From IMG/VR virus record IMGVR_UViG_2716884766_000001, positions 1-64,000 of that record: a stretch of 64,000 nucleotides of DNA, one strand, 5' to 3'. The position numbers were made by a program, and so were the translations under genes. A model generated the notes under the pieces. The model was given only the letters and a program-made list of their open reading frames with translations, did no database searches and was not told the DNA's origin. Each line of letters begins with the position of its first letter. Within the stretch, counting starts at the first letter, position 1. The stretch is from a virus. This document shows, piece by piece, positions 30,201-41,400 of the stretch.

Positions 30201-33200
30201 TGATGTCACCTATAAATGTAAACACGTTAAATGGGTTTACATTCTCAAGAGCAGAAGCATATGGTTGATCAACTAATACTATGTCATTATATGGTAGTGT
30301 GATTAGATCACCTGTCTGTTGTATATTCTGAGATGTAGAACTAACAATAAGAGGTAAGTTAGTTGTATAGTGTGCGGGACGTAGGTGTCCTTCTTCAAAG
30401 TCAACTGATACTCTGTAGTCAGGATGGAATGTATCACTGGTTGCTAATGATGCGAAGTTGTCAACGATAAATCCATTCTTGAATCTATCCATACCATTGC
30501 TATCACGAACAGCAAATGTAGCAGTTTCAGCTTCTAATAATGATAACTGTGTATAGTATTCAAGAGTCTTGATTCTCATCTCAAGAGTCTGAATATCTCT
30601 AAACGTATATCTCTTATAGTTTGTCTGTGTAATAACTACATCTTGATCTACATCGAACACATATGGACTGATCTCTAATGTAGCAAGAAGCATAGCATCT
30701 TCTGGATCAGATGGTTCTACAGGTGTCTCAGATGGTTCACCTTTGATTATAACAATTTTAGAATCCTTATTAATACCAACCTTATCAATTCTACCCAAAT
30801 AGTATTCGTAGGATAGGATTGTAGTATCTGCCTGACCAGGTATACCTACAAGGTTACCAGTAAATGCTCTGTTAGAGAAATCAAAGTACTCATTATCAGT
30901 AAGTAAATATGGAGACTGTCTTGTACCACTACCAGATATTTTATCTGGAACCATAGGACGGAAGTCTAAACCATTTCTAAGAGGTATCTCACCAAATGTA
31001 GGAATCTCTTTATAGTCCTCAGATGAGTATGAGTCAACACTATAGAATCCATCTCCTGATGTAGTTTGGAATCTATCAAAGATAACTAAGATTCTACGAG
31101 TCGGAGCTGCGTATCCTGCCTTCCTTACAATACGAGAGTAATCATAATACTGTTCTCTTTGTCCATTATCTAACTCATAAGATGATGTAATATTATTAGA
31201 ACCAACTCTAATAGTTCCTACTGTGATTTTACCACTAGCAGTAGGGGTAGAAATATTTTCATCACCTGTAAAACTATTGTCATTTAACATGACATAGAAT
31301 ACTGTAGTGCTGTTAAAGTTTACGATCTGTGCTTTAGCACCAGATGAAGCACCTGTTAATATTTGACCAACCTCAAGTGTACCTATAAGGTTACTGTACT
31401 GAAGATTAGGAATCTCAGGATCAGCGTCATCAGCTGATTCATATACTGCCTTAAGTTTGAATACGTCAGGGCAACCAAGAGATATTTGTTTGTCTTCTAA
31501 TCTATGTCCATATCCTGCTGTAGTCTGTGTCAAACCATTAGCTGTTGTACCAGAGGTATGATCTATCCTCAACACCCTCATAAGTTCTGTTGTCTTTGCT
31601 TTAGCAGTTCTATTGCTTGAGTAAACTGTAGCGATTACGATAGCAGCACTTGTACCAGAGTTTAGTCCAGTAATAGAAGCACTAGCATCACCAGGTGATG
31701 ATGTGGTTGATATACCACTACCTACTGTGTACGATGTCCCTGCGTTGGTTCCTGCAGTGGCGATGACTTGGAAGTCATCTCCATCGGTAACATCTCTGAA
31801 CGTGAGGTTAGATCCTGCTGATAGAGAGAATGCTCCTCCTGTGACTGAGACGGAGTACGTCTTCCTGAAGTACCCAAGAGGGGCAACAGCACTACCAGAG
31901 CTATTAGTGGAAGTGGATTTGACAGCAGCTTTCGGAATTGGCGATATAAGTGTTCTCTTTTGAGCTTCCCTAATTTGTCCTCTGAGTAAGATGATATCTC
32001 CATTGATTGCTCCATTAGCGATATTGTTTGATGTGACTCTTTCAATAGCAATTTGTCCTGAATTGGTGATTGAGGTAACTCTAACTTCATGAGATAAGTT
32101 GTTGTTAGAGAATGCTAAGATGTCATTGATTCTTAACTGAGACACAAAGTTAGACAATGAAGCAGTTAAGGTAGCAGTTGTATTAGATGACTGACCTGAT
32201 AATACGGGTGCGTTAGCAGCAACAGGTGCTTGTACATCAAGAATAAGATCAGCAGTAAAACCACTCTTATAGAATGATTTACAGTCAGTGAACTGATAGT
32301 CTGTAACACCATCGTTGGCAGCATTATGAATTGTACCAATAGCTGCTGAGGGTGCTTCGTCTAAGGCAATTTGTTCATTATGAATGAATGTACCTGTAAC
32401 ACCTTCAAATAGAATATTAGAAGCACTACCGTTTGTTCTAGAGTATCCAGTAGCACCTGATGACATACCAACATATTTCTTACCAGATACCATATTAACA
32501 GAACCAGTTAAGATGATGTTTGTGTATAGATCAATGTCTGCTAGATTAACTTGATAAACTGTACTTGTGGTATTTCTATCCCCTGTATCAAATGAGAATC
32601 CAAAGACTCTTGCTTGTCCTATAGCACCACCAGGAGCAGAACCACCACTAGAAATTTTTCTGTTTCTTAATTCGATTGTATCATATAACTGTACACCACC
32701 ATATAGATTAGTAATTCTTACAAAGTTACCAAAGTCAGATGATATAGATTGTGAATCAGCAGCAGCAAATGTTCTTGGTTTGACTACATCTTTAAATGTG
32801 TTAGCTAACTTCTCTGTTCTATAACCTGAAACGTATGCTGTACCTGGTGAGATCTGAACTGCTAGATGCTCCTCTACAGGAACGTTGCCATCTTGTGTAA
32901 TTTGATCAGCAGTATATACACCATTATTAAATGCGTCGTTTAGATTCTCTCTTACATCTATACTAAATCTCTTGACATAGTAGTCACCAGACTCTTCTTT
33001 AGTTCTAGTTGCTAGTACATCATTAATAAATCCTAGATCACTACGTTCTACCTTGTTTTCAATAGCACCAATATTGGTACGTAGTAACTCGATAAAGTCA
33101 GCAGAGTTAGGGTCTGCTAAGTTCTTTTTAACCAGAGATAGATTGATTTTAAATCTATCAGCACCTGGTGCTGAGAAGTTTGTACTACCTATCGCATTAT

Positions 33201-33906
33201 CATACAGAGTAGCATCTTCGTCAGCAGTTATAATTCTTTCTTCTACCTTTAGACCAACCTTGTATGATGGAGTATTAGAATACTGATCTAATACAAGTGT
33301 TTGTTCTTGTACAGGTACAAAATATCCACGAACAAAATATACACCTTTACCTACGTTAGCAGTAGACCCTGTTGCTGTACTATTAGAGTTAAGTAACTGA
33401 GCAAGAGGTGTACCAGCTACGATAGTAGATGTACTGTAAGTTATATCTTCTTCACAAGTTAATATTTCGCCAGCTTGGAATACACTGGTTGAGTTGTCAT
33501 CTGCTTTTGTTAGATATGTCAAATAAAATGACACATATCCACGAGTAGATTGTGTAGCACTAATAGAGAAATTGACTCTAGCACGGATGTTTGAAGTGGC
33601 ACCCTTCACAACCTTGCCATTAAGTGCTTCTCTGTATAATTCTACAGGTAAGTTAAGATAATTATTTTGAACTAATACTACTGGATAATTTCTATTCAGC
33701 GTGATACCGCCAGGTACCACCATACTACCTTCCTTGTAGACACCTTGACCAAATGTATCAATTTGGTTTTGTAAAAGTGACTGGAGGGTAGTAAGTTCTC
33801 TTGCCTGTACTGGAAAGCCAGGTTTAAATAATACTTTTAGAAATCCCTTATCATCATCGAAATCGTCGAAATAAGGAGATATATTCAGGTTAGTATTCTG
33901 TGCCAT
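27217..33906 (-). CDS. VrlC-like / DUF4815 virion structural protein (2229 aa)
   Basis: N-terminus NLNISPYFDDF...VLFKPGFPVQARELTTLQSLLQNQI; APGADR; DRFKNGFIVDNF; DPLAQTF; LFKSQNASTWT; follows gp8 as in cyanomyoviruses. Confidence 0.85.
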   Translation of the reverse strand: MAQNTNLNISPYFDDFDDDKGFLKVLFKPGFPVQARELTTLQSLLQNQIDTFGQGVYKEGSMVVPGGITLNRNYPVVLVQNNYLNLPVELYREALNGKVVKGATSNIRARVNFSISATQSTRGYVSFYLTYLTKADDNSTSVFQAGEILTCEEDITYSTSTIVAGTPLAQLLNSNSTATGSTANVGKGVYFVRGYFVPVQEQTLVLDQYSNTPSYKVGLKVEERIITADEDATLYDNAIGSTNFSAPGADRFKINLSLVKKNLADPNSADFIELLRTNIGAIENKVERSDLGFINDVLATRTKEESGDYYVKRFSIDVRENLNDAFNNGVYTADQITQDGNVPVEEHLAVQISPGTAYVSGYRTEKLANTFKDVVKPRTFAAADSQSISSDFGNFVRITNLYGGVQLYDTIELRNRKISSGGSAPGGAIGQARVFGFSFDTGDRNTTSTVYQVNLADIDLYTNIILTGSVNMVSGKKYVGMSSGATGYSRTNGSASNILFEGVTGTFIHNEQIALDEAPSAAIGTIHNAANDGVTDYQFTDCKSFYKSGFTADLILDVQAPVAANAPVLSGQSSNTTATLTASLSNFVSQLRINDILAFSNNNLSHEVRVTSITNSGQIAIERVTSNNIANGAINGDIILLRGQIREAQKRTLISPIPKAAVKSTSTNSSGSAVAPLGYFRKTYSVSVTGGAFSLSAGSNLTFRDVTDGDDFQVIATAGTNAGTSYTVGSGISTTSSPGDASASITGLNSGTSAAIVIATVYSSNRTAKAKTTELMRVLRIDHTSGTTANGLTQTTAGYGHRLEDKQISLGCPDVFKLKAVYESADDADPEIPNLQYSNLIGTLEVGQILTGASSGAKAQIVNFNSTTVFYVMLNDNSFTGDENISTPTASGKITVGTIRVGSNNITSSYELDNGQREQYYDYSRIVRKAGYAAPTRRILVIFDRFQTTSGDGFYSVDSYSSEDYKEIPTFGEIPLRNGLDFRPMVPDKISGSGTRQSPYLLTDNEYFDFSNRAFTGNLVGIPGQADTTILSYEYYLGRIDKVGINKDSKIVIIKGEPSETPVEPSDPEDAMLLATLEISPYVFDVDQDVVITQTNYKRYTFRDIQTLEMRIKTLEYYTQLSLLEAETATFAVRDSNGMDRFKNGFIVDNFASLATSDTFHPDYRVSVDFEEGHLRPAHYTTNLPLIVSSTSQNIQQTGDLITLPYNDIVLVDQPYASALENVNPFNVFTFIGDIKLTPASDDWVDTKSLAAIQGPVVEGNYMTSLRSFNADQNGITPIQWGSWQTTWSGAVQQTRQVTTGKGKRRRTRTEVFTRIRTDQTRSGIRHKITPVIEQQSLGNKVVSVEHIQNMRSRNIEFKGEKLKPKTRFYPFFDGVDIKAFVTPKLLEVTKNPTDDADTNSTPFQVGETVKGLTSGCSLRILEPNDNYTVNPYTNVNISSVSDYTANLGWINLDTSALAAQALGAYSGNPIPNEILVGQSSGAKAKVKERKLITDPAGFIKGTFFIPDPSKATNPKFKTGTRIFRLSDTVNDSQVQGESESSAQTEYAATGILQTTQETIISVRNAQIDEQKFTQNRTLWSDPLAQTFLIQDENLEGGVFLTKIDLFFQQKDFEIPVAIDIRTVENGTPTQTIVPFSKVIKQAKDVVTSTDASTPTTFTFESPVFIGHQQEHAIVVTSDSNQYKVFISLLGEDAIDAAHAGEKISEQPYIGVLFKSQNASTWTPSQFEDLMFKIYRADFTLPTTLSQSKVILNNATLEENNGGFISALPNAIATTDDNTYIDVFHSNHGMQSSLNYVVMSGVKSEVGDTTLKVALAASGVSQITLIEAGNFHVCIGGNASQAASLSAASGNIGPGNSAPAVSDTNPGFLKIGDEIIAYENINTGSPDWVVDIVGHNAGSVSGRNWDPVTNSGAATGTAHILGATVECYNLAGIPLTKINGTHHTSTFGGLTTLNSPHKYRLNITGVKAHKTLTAGGDNVSISQNIPWDVLTPSIQTQAQPGCSISARALGTSGTSSGPFPAGYTAETSFVKDTTFRDITLNDINYFLATKVIASKQNEISNMSGGKSLDLELNFFSDVTHLSPVVDTQRMSVTTTANLINNAAPTSGIGDENAAIYITRLARLDNSATGVKVAMAANTFEFSTIQVMYKLVPVGYTGDPDDLNFEFFNTDGRPDSGLMVPQNDPFVFGDFEYTLDDAPAYDGFQLKIVLKNYNQPYIPRVKDLRIIALA

Positions 33907-35429
33907 TAGAATTCAATTACTACTTTGAGCTCTTCGTTTTGATCCGCAGATCTTGTTATTGGGTTCCTATTGTCTATGTAGAGGATTTCTCCAGAGTTGA
34001 TTTCAACTTCCCCGTTAGCATATCCTTCGATAAATGACAGTCCTAATTCATAGACAGAAACACCGATAGTGATTTGAGTCAAAGGTACTGAAGATGTACC
34101 AAAGTTCGCATCAGGTGTAGCAGTTACAATATCAGAAGATGTAATTTCATAATTACCCGCAAATTCTACGACGTTACCAGAGGTGACACCATCATTTGAA
34201 TCTTGATAGTATCTCATCACTTTAGTTGTAGAGTCATAAGAAACAACGTATCCTTTCGCACCTGTTGTGGTTTGAGTGATAGTTGTGCCAGGTGAAAATG
34301 TTCCACTAGGTGTACCAGTTCCAGACTGAGGGAAGATCAATGCTTTTACAGCAGACCTTGTGTTCTGATCTGAAATAGAGGTTGTATTATAATCAAATGG
34401 ATTAAGAACCAGACCAACTCTACGGAATGTAAGGTCAGTTGGGAAATCTACAAATGCTGTTGATGTTTCTAGTTTAGAAGCAAACATGAGACGGTAAGCA
34501 CCTATCTCTCTTGTAGCATCTGAACCATGTCCACCGTTAGGAGGAATGATGATATCGAGAACAGCACCCGATCCACCAGAACCGATGTTAGGAATCAATC
34601 CTACATCTATTGTTGCGAAACTATAGTTAGAACCTGAGTTAGTAACAGTAACGTTAACAACAGATCCAGACTCTACAGTCACAGAACAAAAACCTTGAGT
34701 ACCACCATTTATTTGCCAGTCACCACGAATAGGTACGTTGGTGTAGGTATCATTATTATATCCTTGACCTTGATTCTCGATAACAACTGTATCAATAGAA
34801 CCAGGTCCAGCAGCAGCCTGTACTAAACTATTCTCAAGTACAGGTATAAACTCTGTAGTAACAAATTTTAGAATATTATCAGCATCAATAGTATACATAT
34901 ACTTCCAACGATACTTGTACTCAGATGAGTCGTTGGTTTCAATAACTGTTGTTGATGTTCCTGTTGGTTCAACCAGTGAAGGTCTACCTCTAGGATATGT
35001 GGGAGACTGACCGTTGTACAAACACTTGTACACGTTGAAGTCAGAGTTCATCACATAAAAGTTTGAGTCATATAAACGAGTAGCACCATTAGCAGTAGTT
35101 TTAGCAGGACTATAGTCAGGTTTGTACATGGAATATGTACGACCAGTTCCACCAGTAGTCTCTGTCGGGTCTATCCAATCTACTCTAGGTACAACGAGAG
35201 AGGTATCAGTAATGTCTACTCTCTTAAACGCAACTGAATCTGCATATGCTAAACGATGATAGGTGAAACTATCAATAGGCTCGTTAGTAGGTGGAGAATC
35301 AGGTGAACCCCATTCTTTAGCACGTCCAACAAACAAATACACTTTATTTGCGTCCGAGCCAGTACTACCGAGAGTGTTGCGAAACGCTTCGGCTGCGTAA
35401 ATTCTAAATTTATCGGTTACAAGTGCCAT
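33906..35429 (-). CDS. gp8: Baseplate wedge subunit gp8
   Basis: YLFVGR..W, VPRVDW, FYVMNSDFNVYKCL, YRWKYMYTI, PPNGGHG, GEILYIDNR.PITR...Q.EELKVVIEF. Confidence 0.9.
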   Translation of the reverse strand: MALVTDKFRIYAAEAFRNTLGSTGSDANKVYLFVGRAKEWGSPDSPPTNEPIDSFTYHRLAYADSVAFKRVDITDTSLVVPRVDWIDPTETTGGTGRTYSMYKPDYSPAKTTANGATRLYDSNFYVMNSDFNVYKCLYNGQSPTYPRGRPSLVEPTGTSTTVIETNDSSEYKYRWKYMYTIDADNILKFVTTEFIPVLENSLVQAAAGPGSIDTVVIENQGQGYNNDTYTNVPIRGDWQINGGTQGFCSVTVESGSVVNVTVTNSGSNYSFATIDVGLIPNIGSGGSGAVLDIIIPPNGGHGSDATREIGAYRLMFASKLETSTAFVDFPTDLTFRRVGLVLNPFDYNTTSISDQNTRSAVKALIFPQSGTGTPSGTFSPGTTITQTTTGAKGYVVSYDSTTKVMRYYQDSNDGVTSGNVVEFAGNYEITSSDIVTATPDANFGTSSVPLTQITIGVSVYELGLSFIEGYANGEVEINSGEILYIDNRNPITRSADQNEELKVVIEF

Positions 35430-35449
35430 TAGTATAGGGCTTTATAGGT

Positions 35450-35457
35450 TATTTATA
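35450..35457 (-). promoter_or_regulatory. T4 late promoter TATAAATA upstream of gp8
   Basis: Plus strand TATTTATA at 35450-35457, overlapping the gp7 stop codon. Confidence 0.8.
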
Positions 35458-38400
35458 CTGTATAAACACGGATAGTTGGAAGGATCTCCATTGTACCCGT
35501 TGCTGTCAAAGATACTGGTAAAGATATGCTGAACGCAGTGTCACTCGCACGAGTAATCTTATACGTTCCATTTAATGATCCTGTAGGCCAATTTCCAATA
35601 GCAGATGTAAATCTGATGAATCTCTCCATACCAGTTTGGAGATTATGATTAGAACCCATTGTGATCACACAGTTAGTTCCACTACTATTGAAGTTTCCAG
35701 ATTCAGGTCCGTTAGCGTAACCAAATCCAAGAGCAGTTCCTGTATTTTTGAATCCTCTACCGTTTGTAGTAACAGTAAATGTCTCTGCTGCGTAATCTAC
35801 AGAACCATATAAGATTCTTTCACAACCCCATGTTGATGTTGAGGCATTCCAGAAAGGAATTAACAACTCACCGTTAGTTGGGAATCCAACTCCATTATTA
35901 TAGTATGCGTCAAGAACAGGAATAGTAGCAGTCTGCTGACCGATAGCACCAGTTAATTGTGTGGTGTATAGGAATGTACCATTAGATACTGCTCTGTCTC
36001 TCTGTGTCCTCTCTAAAGCGATTGGATGATATGGTGTGACAGAAGGAGGAGTATTGTAATTAGAACCACCTTTTAGGTTCTTGATGCCAATAACTCTACC
36101 ACTACCTTGCTCAATAATAGTCTCAGCAAATGCTCCAGATCCACCGCCACCACTAAAGATTAGGAATGGGGCAACCTCATAGTTAGATCCAGAATCAATT
36201 ATATTGACTTGTACAACAACACCGTTAACTACAACAGATTGGAATATAGCAACATTCGGTTTTAGACCTGTATACTCATATGTATCTAAGGAGGAAGAAC
36301 TAGCAATAGTAGCAAGTCTTCTGATGTCTCCTTCTGACTGTACCTGTAGTAAGTCGCCAGGATCAAGAGCAGAATATGTATCCTCAATTACAATATCAAG
36401 ATCAGAACCAGTGTAGATGTATATTAATACTTCACTACCAGCTCTAGGTGCTTCACTAAACTCAAGAATAGAACCATCCAATGTGTATGATACTTCAGGT
36501 TCCTGATAAACACCGTTCAAGAACATGATAAGGTTGTTAGCAGGGATAACCTGAGTAGAATCAGATTCTAGTGAGAATGGTTGGTCATTCTTCTTAAGTA
36601 TGAATGTCTTCTTCGTACCGTTCATGAATGGTGCGATAGAGTCCATATCTTGTAACTGTCCCACATAGAAACAGTAGAAGTCCATATTACCCTTTGGTGC
36701 TTCAGTAAAGTTAATTGTAGAAGGTGTGCCAGAGTAACTATATGCTGTACCTAACTCCTGTATGTGTGAGTTCAAGAATAATAGGAACCTGTCGTTAGCA
36801 GGAAGTGTATATCCTGATCCACCTACAGTAGCAGCAAAACCAGTTGTTGTTCCGTTGAATGTAACTGTCTCTACTTCAACTTGGAATGAGTTACCCACTG
36901 TACCACCTACGTCAGCAGCATCTACACCAAGTACGTCTGTGTTCTTATATCCGTCTCCACCACTGACTAAGCTTACACCTGTAACAGCACCTGTAGTTCT
37001 TGCTATAGGAGCACTGAGTGTACCAGCTGCTGTAGAAGCACTACCACCTGTGAGAGATAAGGTAGGTGTAGAAGCATATCCTACTCCTGTCTCTTGTACG
37101 ACTATTCTTTCTAAATGTCTACCTACAATAGCAGCTGCGGTAGCAGTTGTAGTTATTGTGTCGGCAGGATTCGCAATAATCTCAATAGTGACATCGTTAT
37201 ATCCAAATCCACCTTCATCAACTGTAATACCAGTGAGAGCCCCACCAGACACAGTAGCGGTAGCAGCAGCATTAAACCCAGTCTTTGATGTAATCTTAAC
37301 TGTTGGTACATTAGTATATCCGACTCCTCCGACGATAATTCCGATTGATTTGACATAACCTCTTTCTGCTAATACTGGTACATAGGATCCTGCTGTTGTT
37401 GGAGATCCACCAGAGATCTGAACTGTAGGAGCTGTCTCATATCCATCACCATGATTACCAACTGTTCTAGTTATACCAGAGAAGTTACCTTGGTTCAAAG
37501 CTGTATATGCTAGATCCATCAAGGTATCAACAGTTGCTTGTACAGCAGTACACGCTTCTCTAACTCCATAACCTTGCTTCACAGCATTAGGAGTAGCACT
37601 CAAGAATGTATGTGTATAGTTTCCACCAATAGTAAGAGCATTGGTTAGAGATGATGAGTATACATGTGTTGAAGCATTAGTAGCAGCAATACCAACGTTA
37701 ACTGTAATCCTGTCAATAGAAGATCTTACAATACTTAATGGTTGATCATATGCCTGATCCTTCTTCTGTTTCAATCCATTTGATGTAGCAGATACGAAAG
37801 CATGTGTTGTTGTGTTTGTAGAAGGTATAAAGTCTAATACTCTAACTTTAAATGTATCTGTGGTTACATTTCTAATCCTTAACCATTTGCCACTCACAGG
37901 GTCTGTAGAACGTGGATATGTATGGTTACTACCATTACCATCCTCAGCACAAGTAAAGGTCAATGAGTCATCGTCAAACTTAACGTAGTCACCCTTTCTC
38001 ATAGAGTGCCCAACTACAGTAACTACCATGTCACCGTCAGCAGGAGTGTATACAGCGTTGGTGACTGTGTGGTTGACTATATCTGTTCTTGGATATGAGT
38101 GAGTAGAACTGCTACTTCCTGCTATACCAACGTCAACTGTAATAGTTGTTGCTGATACTGCTGTGATTGCTTCAGCAACACCTGATGATGGGTCGCTAGC
38201 CCTAGGGTATGCATGATTAGTTGCGTGATTATCAGCAGCACAAGTAAATGTAACTGAATTATCAGCAAAGGTTACTGTGTTAGATGTGGTCAAACTATGT
38301 GTACCTATCTCAACTTCCATAAGACCTGTGAGTGGATCATAGGTTGTACCTGTCGCTGCTGTGAATGTTCCTGACGCTCCATTACCCGCTGTGATACCGT

Positions 38401-41400
38401 TTGTAGTACCAGATACGAATGTGTGAGTTCCAACTGCAGCATCACAAGTAAATGTGATACCACCATCAGAGATCTTAAGAGTTGTGCCTCTAACATGTAG
38501 ATTATATGCTACTGCTGCCTTGAATATGTGATCAGTTGTGTTAGTAGATGGAGCTGTGTTTAATACTTGTACTTTAAATGTATTTCTAGTTACATCTGTA
38601 ATAGGTTGCCATAGTTCACTGATAGGATCACTGCCTCTAGGATAAGCATGGTCACTAGCATGACTATCTTCCTGACATGTGAAGATAAGTGAGTTGTCAT
38701 CTATGATAATCTCATCTGTAGGTGTCAAACCATGATTCTCACAAGTTACAGTCATGATACCTGTAGTAGGATTATAGTCAGCACTGTCTATGCTGAGTGT
38801 TCTTTCAGATCTTAGTCCATGAGGTATAACAACAGCACCAGTAACAGCAGTTTGGAAGGTATGAGTATGTCCACCACCACTCTGTACAGCATCATTAGCA
38901 ACATAACCTGGTTTCCATCTGTGAGTAGATGTATTAGTAGATGGTGTAGAACTTAATGACTGGATAGTTATAGATGTGTCTGTAACAGCAGTAATTGTTA
39001 GAGCAGCTCCACTAGCAGGGTCACTAGGTCTTGGATATGAGTGGTCTGTCTGATAGAAGTCCATCAAACACTGATATACAAGAGAGTTATCTGTAATTGT
39101 AATAGCATCACCAACCTTGAGGATGTGATTGCCGATAGTTAACTCAACAAGACCTGTAACTGGATCGTAGTTTGAACCTGTGACAGTATGATTGACTAAA
39201 GGACTAGGTCCTACGTTAACTGTGATTGTATTATTTGTCTTCGCAATAATCTTAAGTGCTTTATCATAGAATGGATCTTTTCCAAATCTAGGATACATCT
39301 TAGTAGCATTGTTACCGTCCATTGAGCATTTGAATCCCAATGACTCAGGTCTGAACATAATCTCTTCACCTATCTCCATGCTGTGTGAACCAATGTTCAC
39401 TGTCATAGAACCTGTATTAGCATTATAGGTAGCAGCAGATACATTGAACTGTGTGTTATAGACTTCCATGTCCATATCACCAGTAGCAGGGTCATAGGTG
39501 GCATCTGTAATCTGATAGTTTACAGTAGGAGACTCTCCGACATACAATGTGATCGTAGTTCCTGTCTTAGAAAGGATAGGAAGTGACTTACGGTATGCCC
39601 AGTCTGTAGATCTAGGATATTTGTGATGTGTAACACTACCATCTTGAGCACACTTGAATGTCAATGACATATCATCAAGTTTAACTCTTGTTCCTACCTC
39701 TAGACTATGAGATCCTATTGTTATCTCTACTTGTCCTGATGTGGCAGTGTATACAGCGTTAGTTACGTTGTACTGAGTAGCATCAGTGCTCTGATATGCT
39801 GTAATTGTAGGATCTTTATACTGTGACTTGTCTGTAAGGTTAAGATGTGAGTATGTCTCGAATGATTCCTGTTGTATTGCCTTCAATACCATCTGACGTG
39901 CTTCTTCAAACACATAAAGTGTCTCTGCCTCTTCTCCTGCCACATGACTTCCTACGAAATACATGTTCAGTGTGTCATATAGAGTATGGTTACCACCATA
40001 TGCCACGTTAGTAGCAACTGCGTTCAATACATCTCTTGTATCAGACTTACATTGTCCATCACCCAAGCCAGGTGCGTTAAATCCAGTAGGAGCAGTCCTC
40101 GTAAAGGCACTCATAGTGTTAGTATCTACTGCTACCTCGACAATATTCATTAAAGTGTGTATTGTTGCTCTAGCACTAGCACATTGATTATCAGACCTAG
40201 TAATACCACCATCATACTTCTGTATCTCACCGTGATCACCAACTACAGTCACCGCTTCGTTAGCAATAACCTGTCTGGCTATCTTGTCAGCCTCACGGAA
40301 GGCATAAATCGTATGAATCTCTTCACCTGCTACATGAGCACCATCAACATAGTACTTGGCAGCATCGTATACCTCACTATTACCACCAAACTTAGCATTG
40401 ATAGCAACTGCCTCTAATACATCTCTTACATCATCAACACAGTCCTCATCATTGCCTGTTGGTTCTACAAATAGAGTTGGTTCTGTCTTATTGACATGGA
40501 TCATCAAGTCAGTATTGATAGCAGTAACAACAATATCAACAAACGTACTGATAGCGGACTTAGCACTAGCACAGCCGTCGTATATGTAAGTAACGTCTTC
40601 AAAGTATTGTTCATAACCATGATCTCCTGCGATTGATACTGTCTCATTCAAGATTACCTTGTCCATCAGACCTTTCATCTGATTAACAGCTGCTATTGTC
40701 TGCTGTTCTTCACCTTGTATTACACTACCAGAACTATATGCTGATGTGTAGTAGAAGGAAGCATCATATACCTTATTATTAGCACCAAATAGTAAGTTGA
40801 AAGCAATCGCTTCCAATATATCCATCAAGTCATCTCTACAGTCTTGTTCTGTGTATCCCTGAGCATGTGTATAACCAGGATAGTCAATAGTCTTGAATAG
40901 GTAGTATGCTTCCCAGACAATAAAGTCTTTGTTTGCCATAATCAAGTTATAGGCATCAAAGTGTCTCTTGTTAGCAATAGTATATGGTATATCAGCATGC
41001 ATCCTATCCACTGCTTCTCTAGCAATGAAGTCCTTATTCATTAAGATAAGGTTAGCTGCGTCTGCTACCTTGTTATCTACAGGTGTACCATACTTATTCA
41101 TCAGTCCCACAGCAATGTCTGCTATGACTCCTGCGTTGTTGTCAATCAGTGTTCTAGCATCAGCATATTTGTTATCGGTGACAAAAGTAGCACTATCGAG
41201 GACATTTGTTACAACTATGTTACCAGTTGCCCCCGATCCGTCTGATAATTTGTTAGTGAATGGAACGTTGTTGTATGTACCCGCAGTATAGCCTGTACCT
41301 TGATATACTCCATCAGTTGTATTCAGGGCGGTGATAACATCACCAAACTGATCTAACTGGAAGTTTCCAGATATATCAGATCTCTTGAAGTACATTATGA

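Noticed and set aside
10031-39787. Assembly artefact producing the repeats
   Set aside because: Copies are highly diverged in protein sequence and stay in frame over 13-15 kb, unlike collapsed or mis-joined identical repeats. Read-level confirmation is still advisable.
9188-41173. Inteins or introns as the explanation for the nested insertions
   Set aside because: The inserts lack intein termini (N-terminal Cys/Ser, C-terminal His-Asn) and homing-endonuclease motifs. The frames are fully open, and the inserts are homologous to their host domains.
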